DNA of 64,000 nucleotides from Escherichia phage VTCCBPA_322. Every line of letters starts with the position of its first letter. Position 1 is the stretch's first letter. The position numbers were made by a program, and so were the translations under genes. This document shows, piece by piece, positions 48,192 through 57,326 of the stretch. The notes below the pieces were generated by a model. The model was not told where the DNA came from, made no database searches, and was given only the letters and a program-made list of their open reading frames with translations. The stretch lies in sequence record PP989839.1; one strand, written 5' to 3'.

Positions 48192-48426
48192 GTATTTGCT
48201 CCAGGTTATGGGCAGGAATAGGGAAGCATGGATAGTCACCAGTAGGGTCCAGTGTCACTGATACATGTAGTGTATTTGTCATTTGGGTTAACATAAGAGC
48301 AGCATTGAAATCATCCTGAATACAGGCATATACAATGTCACCCTTCTCACCTTCACACATTAGTGGGGTGTCTTTAATGCGGTATTTAGCAGGCATATGT
48401 CCTCCTAAAAGAGTTAATAGAATCAA
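48184..48426 (-). CDS. small hypothetical protein
   Basis: 80 aa; follows terminator 48424-48450. Confidence 0.45.
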   Translation of the reverse strand: MILLTLLGGHMPAKYRIKDTPLMCEGEKGDIVYACIQDDFNAALMLTQMTNTLHVSVTLDPTGDYPCFPIPAHNLEQIHD

Positions 48427-48450
48427 AAAAAGACCTCCCGGAGGAGGTCT
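48424..48450 (-). terminator. intrinsic terminator
   Basis: minus strand AAGACCTCC-TCCG-GGAGGTCTT followed by TTTTTTTGA. Confidence 0.7.
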
Positions 48451-48455
48451 TAGGT

Positions 48456-48692
48456 TTACTTACTATTTTCTTCAATGAAACGTCTCATACGCTCCTTTGC
48501 TTCATCATGCTCCTTAATGGCTACATAGTCTCGTGCATAATAATATGCACACCATAAGCCAAGAACGCATGCAGAGAAGCGAGCCACTACGAAGAACATT
48601 TCCTCCAGGCTTTGAGCATTGTGCAATGAAAATACAAATTCCAGAACCAGGATGATACTTATAATCATTGCTTGTATAGCTAGTCGTCTCAT
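48456..48692 (-). CDS. small membrane protein (two predicted TM helices)
   Basis: 78 aa; hydrophobic segments IISIILVLEFVF and ACVLGLWCAYYYA. Confidence 0.5.
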   Translation of the reverse strand: MRRLAIQAMIISIILVLEFVFSLHNAQSLEEMFFVVARFSACVLGLWCAYYYARDYVAIKEHDEAKERMRRFIEENSK

Positions 48693-49633
48693 TCAGTAAT
48701 AGTCTCACCGGGGATTAACTTACGGAATTGGATAAAGTGAAGTAGGTTACCTGAGTACAGATTCCCTTCTTTATCCATGGATGTAACACCTTGTTCCCAT
48801 GTAGCCGGGTTCATGTTATTCACACACTTTTCACCAAGATTCATAGGTGTAGCCTGATGTTCAGTAGGTGAAGCATGAATAGGCTGTTTCTCTACCAACT
48901 TAGCAAACAGGTCAAGGTCATCGCTGATAGTGGATGGCTTACCTTCGAAGTTGTTATAAGAAGCACGGGCACAACGAGCAGCAGAGACTTTAAGCAGCAA
49001 GCCTAAAATTTCTTCATTACTTGGTTCATCACGAGTAATTCGCTGATATTTGCAATGATTGTAAGCATTAGCACAATCAACACTGCGAATATAAGGCAGA
49101 TGCCAGTCACCTTTCTTGAGCTTTTGCGGAACAGATTCTTCATGAGCCTTCTTCATGGCCTGGGCCAGTAAACGAATTTCTGGTTGGGCATCCTCATGGT
49201 CACGTAAGCCATAAAAGTTAGCCCAACTTGTTGAAGTTACCACGACACGGATATGTGTGAATGGTTCCAAGATACGGTTAACAATCTGCTTATGTACTTG
49301 CCCACGTCGTAACTGTTCAGCATACACAGCAGCAGCAGATGCAGCGTTATCCCAGATAAACTTAGCATCCTCAATTTCCATAGGAGTGAGTTCTTCTTCT
49401 GCTTGCATACCCTTCTGGTTCTTGCCCCAGTGACTGGGCATCACTGGTTCATTACGAACTTGTTCGATGAACTTAGCTGTTGGAATAGCACGACTGCTTG
49501 AAGCATTACGGTTAAATACACGGTGGGTCATAAACTCACTGTGGATGAATCGGGGATAAACCAATTCAAAGGTAGTAATACGAGTTCCTGTTTCTGGGTG
49601 AACGGAATCTGCAATGACAGTTGCCTTAATCAT
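48689..49633 (-). CDS. thyX: FAD-dependent thymidylate synthase (ThyX)-like
   Basis: 314 aa; ThyX-like signature THRVFNRNASSSR (RHR-x7-S type); overlapping start/stop with neighbours. Confidence 0.5.
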   Translation of the reverse strand: MIKATVIADSVHPETGTRITTFELVYPRFIHSEFMTHRVFNRNASSSRAIPTAKFIEQVRNEPVMPSHWGKNQKGMQAEEELTPMEIEDAKFIWDNAASAAAVYAEQLRRGQVHKQIVNRILEPFTHIRVVVTSTSWANFYGLRDHEDAQPEIRLLAQAMKKAHEESVPQKLKKGDWHLPYIRSVDCANAYNHCKYQRITRDEPSNEEILGLLLKVSAARCARASYNNFEGKPSTISDDLDLFAKLVEKQPIHASPTEHQATPMNLGEKCVNNMNPATWEQGVTSMDKEGNLYSGNLLHFIQFRKLIPGETITE

Positions 49634-50076
49634 TAGAATGACCTTAGATAGTTGGTAATACCACTACGGTTTTCTGTAATTTTCTTAACCTGAACGTATA
49701 CCAGTTTAAACTCACTACGAGGTAGTTCCTGTAATACTGCTATACCTTCAGTAAGAGCCACAGAACACGCTACAGCGGTTTCTTTTTTAAAGGAGTACAA
49801 GTCTTCGTACATGATGGCTTCATACTCCCTGCGGAGCATACAGAGAGCATCTCTTGCCTTATCACTTACTTCTTGTGAACCAGCAGACATAGCTAAACTG
49901 TATATGATAAAGACTTGTTCAAAAACAAAGTCCAATAATCTATCAGGATTGTTAGTCCCCATGAATAATTTTGTTGTGTAGGAACGAGCTTTACGGTTGA
50001 GTTCGTACTCATTCTCTATACCTTTATTATAAAGAACCGGATTTCGTTCCCTTTTCCGTAGGAATGGGATACGCAT
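49633..50076 (-). CDS. hypothetical protein
   Basis: 147 aa. Confidence 0.5.
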   Translation of the reverse strand: MRIPFLRKRERNPVLYNKGIENEYELNRKARSYTTKLFMGTNNPDRLLDFVFEQVFIIYSLAMSAGSQEVSDKARDALCMLRREYEAIMYEDLYSFKKETAVACSVALTEGIAVLQELPRSEFKLVYVQVKKITENRSGITNYLRSF

Positions 50077-50456
50077 TAGTATTTACTACCTCTTCTATAC
50101 CAAGGGTAATGATGGGTAGTACTTTTACCTTTGAATACATCCTTAGTACGTGGATTCTTTTGTATTTGAGCCAGGTAAAGATGCATATCATCTCCACACG
50201 GGCTAAGCCAGAACTTATCTATGATTCGGTCTACCTTAGATTTCAGATGAGGTTCCGGAGGAATGTATGAAGGGAAAGGTCTGCTAATAGTCCATCCTTT
50301 CTGAACAAGAGCCTGCATTGTCGTGTAAAGATCTAATGCAATATCATTATCTACTTGATCATGGATAGTTTTACCTAAAGTAAGCATTGCAGTTTGTTCC
50401 AGCTTACCGAAGTCCAGTCCTTGCAGGATAGACTTACCATTTCGTCTGTTTGACAT
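50076..50456 (-). CDS. hypothetical protein
   Basis: ATG at 50456; track start 50558 would read through terminator 50470-50499. Confidence 0.45.
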   Translation of the reverse strand: MSNRRNGKSILQGLDFGKLEQTAMLTLGKTIHDQVDNDIALDLYTTMQALVQKGWTISRPFPSYIPPEPHLKSKVDRIIDKFWLSPCGDDMHLYLAQIQKNPRTKDVFKGKSTTHHYPWYRRGSKY

Positions 50457-50469
50457 AAGAGTACCTGTA

Positions 50470-50499
50470 AATAAAAAAGCCCACGGGTTAAGTGGGCTT
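50470..50499 (-). terminator. intrinsic terminator
   Basis: minus strand AAGCCCAC-loop-GTGGGCTT followed by TTTTTTATTT. Confidence 0.7.
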
Positions 50500-50573
50500 G
50501 GGTTAGGAGATGGATAAGCAATGAGCTGGAAGTAACTTCCACAAGCACCACTATGCAATGATGCTTAGGTTAG

Positions 50574-50816
50574 TTACTCTGCTTTACTACCACCATTGGT
50601 TTGAACAACAGTTACGTTTGTAACTTGGTTCTGACCTTTGTTGGACAGTGACCAAATCAGTGCTACTACCCAGAAGACTAAAGACCAGCCTAATACAATA
50701 TTGAGCACACCAATACCCCACTTGGAGGCATGGCCTCGTGCAAAAGCAATGATAGTAGGGATAAGGTATACAGCTAGTATGAATAAGAAAACAAGGATTG
50801 CTGCTAAAGATTCCAT
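50574..50816 (-). CDS. superinfection-immunity (Imm-like) small membrane protein
   Basis: ATG at 50816 with AGGAA RBS (track start 50852 is GTG); motif PTIIAFARGHASKWGIGVLNIVLGWSLVFWVVALIWS matches Imm-family pattern. Confidence 0.6.
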   Translation of the reverse strand: MESLAAILVFLFILAVYLIPTIIAFARGHASKWGIGVLNIVLGWSLVFWVVALIWSLSNKGQNQVTNVTVVQTNGGSKAE

Positions 50817-50889
50817 GATGGTTCCTATGTGAGGTTGAGTTAGTTTCTTCACAAATAGCCCAACTATGCTGGGCTATTTAGGCAGCTAC

Positions 50890-51090
50890 TTACTCTGCGT
50901 CAGAGACAGCAGTCAAAGCTTTACGGATGTAACCACGCACAGAACGGTAACTTTCTTTTACAGATACTGTTCGCCCATCAATCAGATGAATTACAGCACC
51001 GACTGATGTCTCATCTACGTCTACTACGTTAGTTGCAACAATAGTTTTACGCACGGTACTTCCAACAGGAGTTACTTGAAATACTGACAT
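50890..51090 (-). CDS. small hypothetical protein
   Basis: 66 aa. Confidence 0.4.
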   Translation of the reverse strand: MSVFQVTPVGSTVRKTIVATNVVDVDETSVGAVIHLIDGRTVSVKESYRSVRGYIRKALTAVSDAE

Positions 51091-51120
51091 GTTGTTTCCT
51101 TAATTAAGCTGGATAGCCTT

Positions 51121-51627
51121 TTATTTTGAAGGTCTAGCAGCTACTGGTTGGTTTTCCTGGTTCTGATACTTGCCATTGTAATTAGCAGGTTCCTGAACCA
51201 GATGAAATAATACTTGAGCTATCCCAGCACCAGCCGGGATATGTAGTTTTTTACGACCATGATAGACCAGTTCAAGGGTAAGATACCCTTTCCATCCTGG
51301 TTCTATTACGGTATTAAACACTGATAATGCACGTCTTGCCCACGTAGACTTATCGTGAACGATAGCTACACAGGAAGGAGACATGTTGAACTTCTCAATT
51401 GCTGAAGCCAAGGTGAACTTACCGAGATGGTGTGATACTTGATTCCCATCAACGACTTTCACCATTGGAATCAACCCAAATAAGCGATAGAAGGTAATAT
51501 CTTGTTTGATACGAATATCGTAACCAGCTTCACCCAATCCATAGCTTACACCATGCTCGGATACCTTGCGGTCTGGGATATCCAGCAACTGAGATGAACG
51601 GTATAGAGAATTACCATTAACAACCAT
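51121..51627 (-). CDS. dCTP deaminase / dUTPase-family protein
   Basis: 168 aa; trimeric dUTPase-superfamily-like motifs VIEPGWKGYLTLEL and GAGIAQVLF. Confidence 0.5.
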   Translation of the reverse strand: MVVNGNSLYRSSQLLDIPDRKVSEHGVSYGLGEAGYDIRIKQDITFYRLFGLIPMVKVVDGNQVSHHLGKFTLASAIEKFNMSPSCVAIVHDKSTWARRALSVFNTVIEPGWKGYLTLELVYHGRKKLHIPAGAGIAQVLFHLVQEPANYNGKYQNQENQPVAARPSK

Positions 51628-52802
51628 TATTTCATTCCTTTAGGGATATGAACTACCTCCCCAAAAGGTACGGTAGCATTGGGATTATTCAGAACACACC
51701 AGATGATAGGAATATCAAATGGTAATTCTTCCATAGGATGAACATACATATCGGAGAATATGATTGCAGCAGTTGGTTTATTCTTAATAATCCAATCACG
51801 TACTGGCACAAGGCTTGTACCACCACGACCAGTAATCTTAATCTCTTCAAAAGTATCTTCTTCAGTGATGTCTATTTCTTCTTGGATAATATCGTCGAAG
51901 GTAATTAGGGACATCTTCTTAGGATTGAACTGGCTCTTAACGTAGGCAACCTCTGAGTTAAATCGCAGAGAGTCTGCACTACTAATAGAACCAGATACAT
52001 CCTCAAAGTAGGCCAAGTGTCGTAAACGTCCTTCATCATCTTCCAGTGAAGGTAGATAAATGTCAGTGTAACGACGGTTAGGTCTGGCCCACGTATAATG
52101 AGTATCATCAATGTCGGTAAAGAAGTTCATCAGAACTTCCTGCCATGGAACCACTGGTTTGAGGAATTGGGTAATAACCTCTTCCATACGACCAGCACCT
52201 TTACCAGGCAATGTTCCACCAGCCATTTTCTGGCTCTGCATTGCACGTACTACGTTGTTGACGACAGCACCCTGGGACTGCCCCGAAGTGGGGGATTTCA
52301 TGTCGCCAGCAAGACCTGCTCCAGCACCCCCTGACGGCTTCTGCCTTTTCTGAGGGTTCTTCATCAAGTCATCGTAGATGTCTTCTTCGACCCACCCTTT
52401 GTATTGTGGGTCTTTGCAAATACCTTCATCAATGCCAGTGAACTTGTAACCATCTTCTTCTAACTGAAGGTTAATGAAGTGGTCACATGCCTGGTTCCAG
52501 ATTTCTGGGTCACGGCTTCCACGACGAATATCGTGTAGGTATGCCACATGCCAAAGTTCATGCATTAATACTGTTTTTCTTGCATCTGGGCACATCCAGA
52601 TGAAGAAATCAGGATTGAAATGGAGTTCTATCCCATCAGTACATGCAGTGGGACAATCCTCACGTTTCCATGAGAACTTAAGACTACATAGTAATGAACC
52701 AAAGAACGCAGCAGACTTGCCTAGGAAAGCCTGAGCTTGAATACGGTCATACTCACGCATGAGTTGTTCATCACTAAGGGAGTGCTGAGGAAATTGGTTC
52801 AT
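51627..52802 (-). CDS. VWA-domain protein with N-terminal HExxH metallopeptidase-like motif (N4 gp25-like)
   Basis: 391 aa; HELWH motif; C-terminal region consistent with von Willebrand A fold; immediately downstream of MoxR-like ATPase. Confidence 0.5.
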   Translation of the reverse strand: MNQFPQHSLSDEQLMREYDRIQAQAFLGKSAAFFGSLLCSLKFSWKREDCPTACTDGIELHFNPDFFIWMCPDARKTVLMHELWHVAYLHDIRRGSRDPEIWNQACDHFINLQLEEDGYKFTGIDEGICKDPQYKGWVEEDIYDDLMKNPQKRQKPSGGAGAGLAGDMKSPTSGQSQGAVVNNVVRAMQSQKMAGGTLPGKGAGRMEEVITQFLKPVVPWQEVLMNFFTDIDDTHYTWARPNRRYTDIYLPSLEDDEGRLRHLAYFEDVSGSISSADSLRFNSEVAYVKSQFNPKKMSLITFDDIIQEEIDITEEDTFEEIKITGRGGTSLVPVRDWIIKNKPTAAIIFSDMYVHPMEELPFDIPIIWCVLNNPNATVPFGEVVHIPKGMK

Positions 52803-52806
52803 TGTT

Positions 52807-53859
52807 TTATCCGTGAAGGTAACGAGAGATATTAGCAGCAGCCTTACGCCATTCAGGGGTAGCCTGAAGTTCTGGCAATGCTCTACCTACTGTACGGAAG
52901 TACAGAATCTTATGAGTGAACGTTTTAAATCGTTCAATGTACTGAAGAACATCAGCGAAGTTCTCTTCAGTAGTTTTGTTAGCCAGATGGTTAACGGTAG
53001 CCCAGCACAGGTTGTTATCTTCTGGTAGTGCACAGCCCAAGGGGTCTTTTACTACCTTTTCAATCGTAATCATACGATTGTATACCTGAGTAAATTGAAC
53101 AAACTCTGTAGCCTTACCAGCAGTAACGTGCCCTGCATAGTAGATAGAATCTTCGTCAGGCAGAGCACCTTCAGGGCGGTTCTTAAGGTCTTTGTTAACA
53201 AAGTCCCAGGTACGAGGGCAACAGAACGTTTTATTCTTATGTGCTGGGTCAAAGTCATGCAGATAACCGGGGTTAGCATGTAAGAATGCAACCAGACGTT
53301 CATCCCATTCTTGAGGAATCATTACGTCTTCAACAAAAATGTCGAAGTTGAGTTCCATTTCGAAGTGGACAACACGAGACTGCATTGCAGTACCCAGTGG
53401 GTTAACGATGGCACGGTCAGTAGCTTTGTTACCTGCACATATAATCATCACATTAGGATGAAGTTTTTTCTGACCAGTCATACGGTCTAAAATCAGTTTA
53501 TATGCAGCAGCTACTACTTCTTTTCTGGCTGAGTTGAACTCATCAAGGAACAGGAGCCAACCATTATATCCTTCCGGTACTTTATCTCCCTCAATAGGGA
53601 ATAAGTCAGCGAATGGGATAAACTCTGCACGGTCACCATTACGGAATGGTAGGCCAGACAAGTCTTCCGGGGCAGAAGTAGACAGACGATGGTCTATCAG
53701 CTTCATACCAAATTCTTCTGCAACAGAGCGAATGATTGCAGATTTACCCATACCTGGTGATGAAGTCAGGAACGGTACGTTACCTGCTTGCAGGGCACGG
53801 ATAATAAAGTTACGGGCCTGACGTGTATTACATACGGTCAGTGAGTCAATGCTCGCCAT
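52807..53859 (-). CDS. MoxR-like AAA+ ATPase (N4 gp24-like)
   Basis: 350 aa; Walker A SPGMGKS, Walker B LLFLDEFN, sensor region ICAGN. Confidence 0.75.
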   Translation of the reverse strand: MASIDSLTVCNTRQARNFIIRALQAGNVPFLTSSPGMGKSAIIRSVAEEFGMKLIDHRLSTSAPEDLSGLPFRNGDRAEFIPFADLFPIEGDKVPEGYNGWLLFLDEFNSARKEVVAAAYKLILDRMTGQKKLHPNVMIICAGNKATDRAIVNPLGTAMQSRVVHFEMELNFDIFVEDVMIPQEWDERLVAFLHANPGYLHDFDPAHKNKTFCCPRTWDFVNKDLKNRPEGALPDEDSIYYAGHVTAGKATEFVQFTQVYNRMITIEKVVKDPLGCALPEDNNLCWATVNHLANKTTEENFADVLQYIERFKTFTHKILYFRTVGRALPELQATPEWRKAAANISRYLHG

Positions 53860-53893
53860 TTACTTACTCTCCTAAAGTTAATGGAATTACTAA

Positions 53894-54220
53894 TTAAGAT
53901 TTAATACAAGGGTATGCTGTATCAATTGCCAGCAGAACCATGTCTGATGGTACTTTTACTGCATTAACCTTTCGGTCGTACAGAATAATAGTGGCTACTT
54001 TGTCAAAGACATTTCCTAACTTTAAACTATCTGGTACGCAGTTTTTGCCTGCTTCTACACCCATAGTAACCATGCCCATGAAGTAACCTTGGTTCACAAA
54101 GCTATCATTCCCGGCCTTATAAGCAGCAGCAGCTTCCAATAAGGTTTCACGGCTGGATGCTTGAGCATTGAATGACAGAGCTGATAAAGCTACTACAGCA
54201 ACAGCAATTAAAGTTTTCAT
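53894..54220 (-). CDS. secreted / periplasmic small protein
   Basis: N-terminal signal peptide MKTLIAVAVVALSALSFNAQA. Confidence 0.5.
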   Translation of the reverse strand: MKTLIAVAVVALSALSFNAQASSRETLLEAAAAYKAGNDSFVNQGYFMGMVTMGVEAGKNCVPDSLKLGNVFDKVATIILYDRKVNAVKVPSDMVLLAIDTAYPCIKS

Positions 54221-54406
54221 TTAGTTACCTTTTAACTCGTTGAGTTGAAGTACTCCGGTAGGGGTTAATGACCACCCAAGACCAGCGTTGAACTGTACTA
54301 GGCCCAGTTTCTTAAGAGACTGTGCGGTTTTGTTATTACGGTTGCTGGTGGCAGAGCCACCTTGAACCATACGAAGGAAGATTGCTTGGGACTGAGTTAA
54401 TTTCAA
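54221..54406 (-). CDS. small hypothetical protein
   Basis: 61 aa. Confidence 0.4.
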   Translation of the reverse strand: MKLTQSQAIFLRMVQGGSATSNRNNKTAQSLKKLGLVQFNAGLGWSLTPTGVLQLNELKGN

Positions 54407-54612
54407 AGGTAATATCCTTCCAGGTTTATTGGTGTTACAAATGTACTAGCTGATAGACAGAAAGACTTACCAGTTTCTACAGCAACAGCAGCAGGCTTAC
54501 CATCGGGTAAGTGAATCTTTAAACATACTGACTGGTTATATATAAAACCACAGGCAGGTTGCACATCACCGAAGGTCACTTCATTGCTTTCAGAACGATT
54601 CGTTACTTTCAT
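54403..54612 (-). CDS. small hypothetical protein
   Basis: 69 aa; ATGA overlap. Confidence 0.4.
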   Translation of the reverse strand: MKVTNRSESNEVTFGDVQPACGFIYNQSVCLKIHLPDGKPAAVAVETGKSFCLSASTFVTPINLEGYYL

Positions 54613-54797
54613 TTCTTCTCCGGTACGAACTGCATTACACAGTTTTGATTACGAGGGATATTCAATTCACATTCATGCTTGAGGGTTTGCGTTACAGAAT
54701 TTGGAGTAGAACCAAAGTAGGTATTAGAAATAGCTACGAATCCTGCACCTATCAAACCACCTAGTAAGAATGAGAAAAATGCAATCTCTTTATACAT
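54609..54797 (-). CDS. small membrane protein
   Basis: 62 aa with one TM (FFSFLLGGLIGAGFVAI). Confidence 0.4.
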   Translation of the reverse strand: MYKEIAFFSFLLGGLIGAGFVAISNTYFGSTPNSVTQTLKHECELNIPRNQNCVMQFVPEKK

Positions 54798-54821
54798 TTC
54801 CTGGCTCCAGGATGTTTAAGT

Positions 54822-54853
54822 CAAAAAAAGACCTCCCTTCAATAGGGAGGTCA
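54822..54853 (-). terminator. intrinsic terminator
   Basis: minus strand GACCTCCC-TATTGAA-GGGAGGTC followed by TTTTTTTGA. Confidence 0.7.
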
Positions 54854-54902
54854 AACTTGAGGGTTTCATTTCAGGGTTTATAACCCCAAACAAAGGATAC
54901 CC

Positions 54903-55736
54903 TTATTCTGCAACAGTAACAGCGATGGTTACATCGACCGTACCGTTGGTAACTACTACAGAAGTATCTTCGCCAGCAGCTACCGGTTTAACCGTCAGTA
55001 CGTTACCAGCAATGGTAGCTGTAGCACGAGCAGAATCTGGGGCAGTTTTAATAGACAATGTACCAGCAGAAGAACCAACAGGCATAGCAGCAATGGTTAC
55101 AGTCTTACCGGCAGCAGTATCATCAGCAACAGACAGAGCCAGTGAATCAGGAGTAGCTACCAGTGAGCTTGCTTCGTAGTAGCCTACAGCCAGCAGAGAC
55201 TCATCTTCTACAGTGGTTCCATTAGCATCAGTAACAATTACTTTATAAGTACCGGCAGAAGCAGCTGTTACGTTGTTAAGGGTCAACGTTGCAGTAGCAG
55301 CGGATGCGTTATCACCAGAATCAATATCGGCGAATACTGCACCGGCAGTATCGGCTTTAAATTGCCATTTATAAGTAAATGGTGCTTTACCACCTGCTAC
55401 ATCAACATGCCAGTTAATGTCTTCGCCTTCGATAGCAGAGACTACACGAGGCAGTTTAGTAGCAATAGTCAGTCGTGGAGTAGCTTTCATATCAATAGAG
55501 ATGGCTTGCATATCCACAATGTTGTTAGGCCAGAAGCCTTCTTCAGCAGGGTTTTTAGCAGAACGTTTATACAGCAGATCACGTACACCGTGAAAGATAA
55601 CTAAGCTATCTGGGTAGGTAGCATCTGGATGTACAAAAGTACCTACTTCTACTGAACCACCCGGGATAGAACCACTGGCATCTAGTACAGTTGCAACATT
55701 GGTGGTTTTGTTAAAACCTACTTTTAAAGTTGGCAT
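54903..55736 (-). CDS. Ig-like domain capsid decoration protein (N4 gp17-like)
   Basis: ATG at 55736 with GAGGAAA RBS, downstream of terminator 55784-55813 (track start 55865 reads through it); Ala/Thr/Val-rich beta-strand repeats. Confidence 0.5.
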   Translation of the reverse strand: MPTLKVGFNKTTNVATVLDASGSIPGGSVEVGTFVHPDATYPDSLVIFHGVRDLLYKRSAKNPAEEGFWPNNIVDMQAISIDMKATPRLTIATKLPRVVSAIEGEDINWHVDVAGGKAPFTYKWQFKADTAGAVFADIDSGDNASAATATLTLNNVTAASAGTYKVIVTDANGTTVEDESLLAVGYYEASSLVATPDSLALSVADDTAAGKTVTIAAMPVGSSAGTLSIKTAPDSARATATIAGNVLTVKPVAAGEDTSVVVTNGTVDVTIAVTVAE

Positions 55737-55783
55737 ATGAATTTCCTCATAAGTAAATAGCAGGATTAGTATACATGACATGT

Positions 55784-55813
55784 AAAAAAATAAACCCTCC
55801 GTTAAGAGGGTTA
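55784..55813 (-). terminator. intrinsic terminator
   Basis: minus strand AACCCTC-loop-GAGGGTT followed by TATTTTTTTAC. Confidence 0.65.
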
Positions 55814-56008
55814 GTTGTTTACACAGTAGATAGCAAAAGCTATCCATCCTGCCATTACAAAGCATCCTAGTGAATATGCCCCATAGTAGCAGTAAGCAAA
55901 CTTAGACTTGTGAGCACGAACTATCGTAGCCAGAACCAGTACAGATAAAACTATCAGTATCAGCTGAAAGATTACTTCAAAATTGATAAGCATAGTTGCT
56001 ACCTCCAA
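55811..56008 (-). CDS. small membrane protein
   Basis: 65 aa, two hydrophobic helices. Confidence 0.45.
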   Translation of the reverse strand: MEVATMLINFEVIFQLILIVLSVLVLATIVRAHKSKFAYCYYGAYSLGCFVMAGWIAFAIYCVNN

Positions 56009-56009
56009 G

Positions 56010-56046
56010 CAAAAAATAAAGCCCCACTCCCGAAGGAATGAGGCTA
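56010..56046 (-). terminator. intrinsic terminator after RNAPII operon
   Basis: imperfect hairpin AGCCTCATTCC-TTCG-GGAGTGGGGCT followed by TTTATTTTTTG. Confidence 0.5.
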
Positions 56047-56051
56047 GTTTA

Positions 56052-57269
56052 TTAACTTAATGCATAATCTGTTTCAAGGATGTCCTGCCAGAGGCTGTCA
56101 TCCAGCTTACCAGCAGAGAACTCTTGTCCCAGTACCTGAGACAGGATGAAGCCCAGTAGGTCACTCTTCGCAATGTCAGACAGAATCTGATTGTACTGAC
56201 GACGCAAGTCATTACCGTAGTTAGGATGGCAACGGAAGCAGTCATGTACAGTCATTACAGGGAATGGTTTCTTAGGCATGGTATTGAGCATAGTCATGAT
56301 TACATCTGTATCAACCAATGCAATCGTTTCTGAGTCCAGATAGTCAAAGATACGAGTAGACAGGAAGCCCGACTTCTCATAGCTGGTCCACAGTGTATTA
56401 ACCATTTCATAGTTATCATCAGAGCCTACCATGTAGTCACTGGTTCCCTCACAAAGGGACTTAACATAATTCACCTGGTTCATGTCGAAGTTGCAACGAC
56501 GCAGCATCTCACGTACCACCATTCCATCAATAGAGTGAGTGATGTTAGCAGAGAGCATACGGGTCTTCTCTTCAGTACCCTGAACCATACGAGTGATATC
56601 GAAGGGTTTACCTAAGAAGTTAATAGTCTGTACTTCTTGAACCATGACCTTAATGACAGCATGGAAGTTGTCAGGCAATACCCATATGTAACGGTTAGCA
56701 TCCGGGTTACCACATTGCAGTAAGAACTTGTTAAGTGCCCAAGGACCACTTGCAACTGTTTCCATTACATTCTCAAAAGTCTTGAGACGAATACCTTCAC
56801 CGAATACTTCTTTAGGCTTGGCTTCTGAACCGTAGAATGCGGTCATAACTGCCTGCTTGGTATCACTACGTTTAATACGAGATGCTTCACCAAGGATGTC
56901 CAGCATCTTGTGATAGATAACTGTATAAGCATCACGACGTAATGGCTTACCATTCTCACCCATGTAGTTAACTACGTTACATAGTTCAGCAGCAGAACGG
57001 TCACCAGTCAGGCAGGCCAGTAACTGCAAGCCGGATGATGTAGCATCCAGAGCTACGGCATAACCGATAGGCTTACCTGCTTTCATATCTTTCCATGCGT
57101 TTATACCAGCATAGAACAGTGCAGATTCTTCAGCTTCATCTACCAGATTAAGCAGGTTAGCTTCGTTCTCATCGAACCAGGCAATACGTTCATCCCAGGT
57201 CTTTTTATCCAGACCATAGTTATTGGCAATATCTACTTTCAGGTATTCTTTAGCAGTTAACAGTTGCAT
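56052..57269 (-). CDS. phage RNA polymerase II, catalytic (large) subunit, T7-like (N4 gp16-like)
   Basis: 405 aa; T7 RNAP motif A-like GYAVALDATSSGLQ and motif C-like VMTVHDCFRC. Confidence 0.8.
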   Translation of the reverse strand: MQLLTAKEYLKVDIANNYGLDKKTWDERIAWFDENEANLLNLVDEAEESALFYAGINAWKDMKAGKPIGYAVALDATSSGLQLLACLTGDRSAAELCNVVNYMGENGKPLRRDAYTVIYHKMLDILGEASRIKRSDTKQAVMTAFYGSEAKPKEVFGEGIRLKTFENVMETVASGPWALNKFLLQCGNPDANRYIWVLPDNFHAVIKVMVQEVQTINFLGKPFDITRMVQGTEEKTRMLSANITHSIDGMVVREMLRRCNFDMNQVNYVKSLCEGTSDYMVGSDDNYEMVNTLWTSYEKSGFLSTRIFDYLDSETIALVDTDVIMTMLNTMPKKPFPVMTVHDCFRCHPNYGNDLRRQYNQILSDIAKSDLLGFILSQVLGQEFSAGKLDDSLWQDILETDYALS

Positions 57270-57326
57270 TTTATGTTCCTTTTGCTTCTTGGCTCTCCAC
57301 TATGGGGAGCCTGCTTATTGGATGGA

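Noticed and set aside
50817-50852. GTG start at 50852 for the Imm-like gene
   Set aside because: No RBS upstream of GTG; internal ATG at 50816 has AGGAA at correct spacing and keeps the whole conserved membrane motif
55737-55865. N-terminal extension of the decoration-protein ORF (track start 55865)
   Set aside because: Extension reads through an intrinsic terminator hairpin and encodes a Cys/Leu-rich non-conserved peptide; ATG 55736 has a proper RBS
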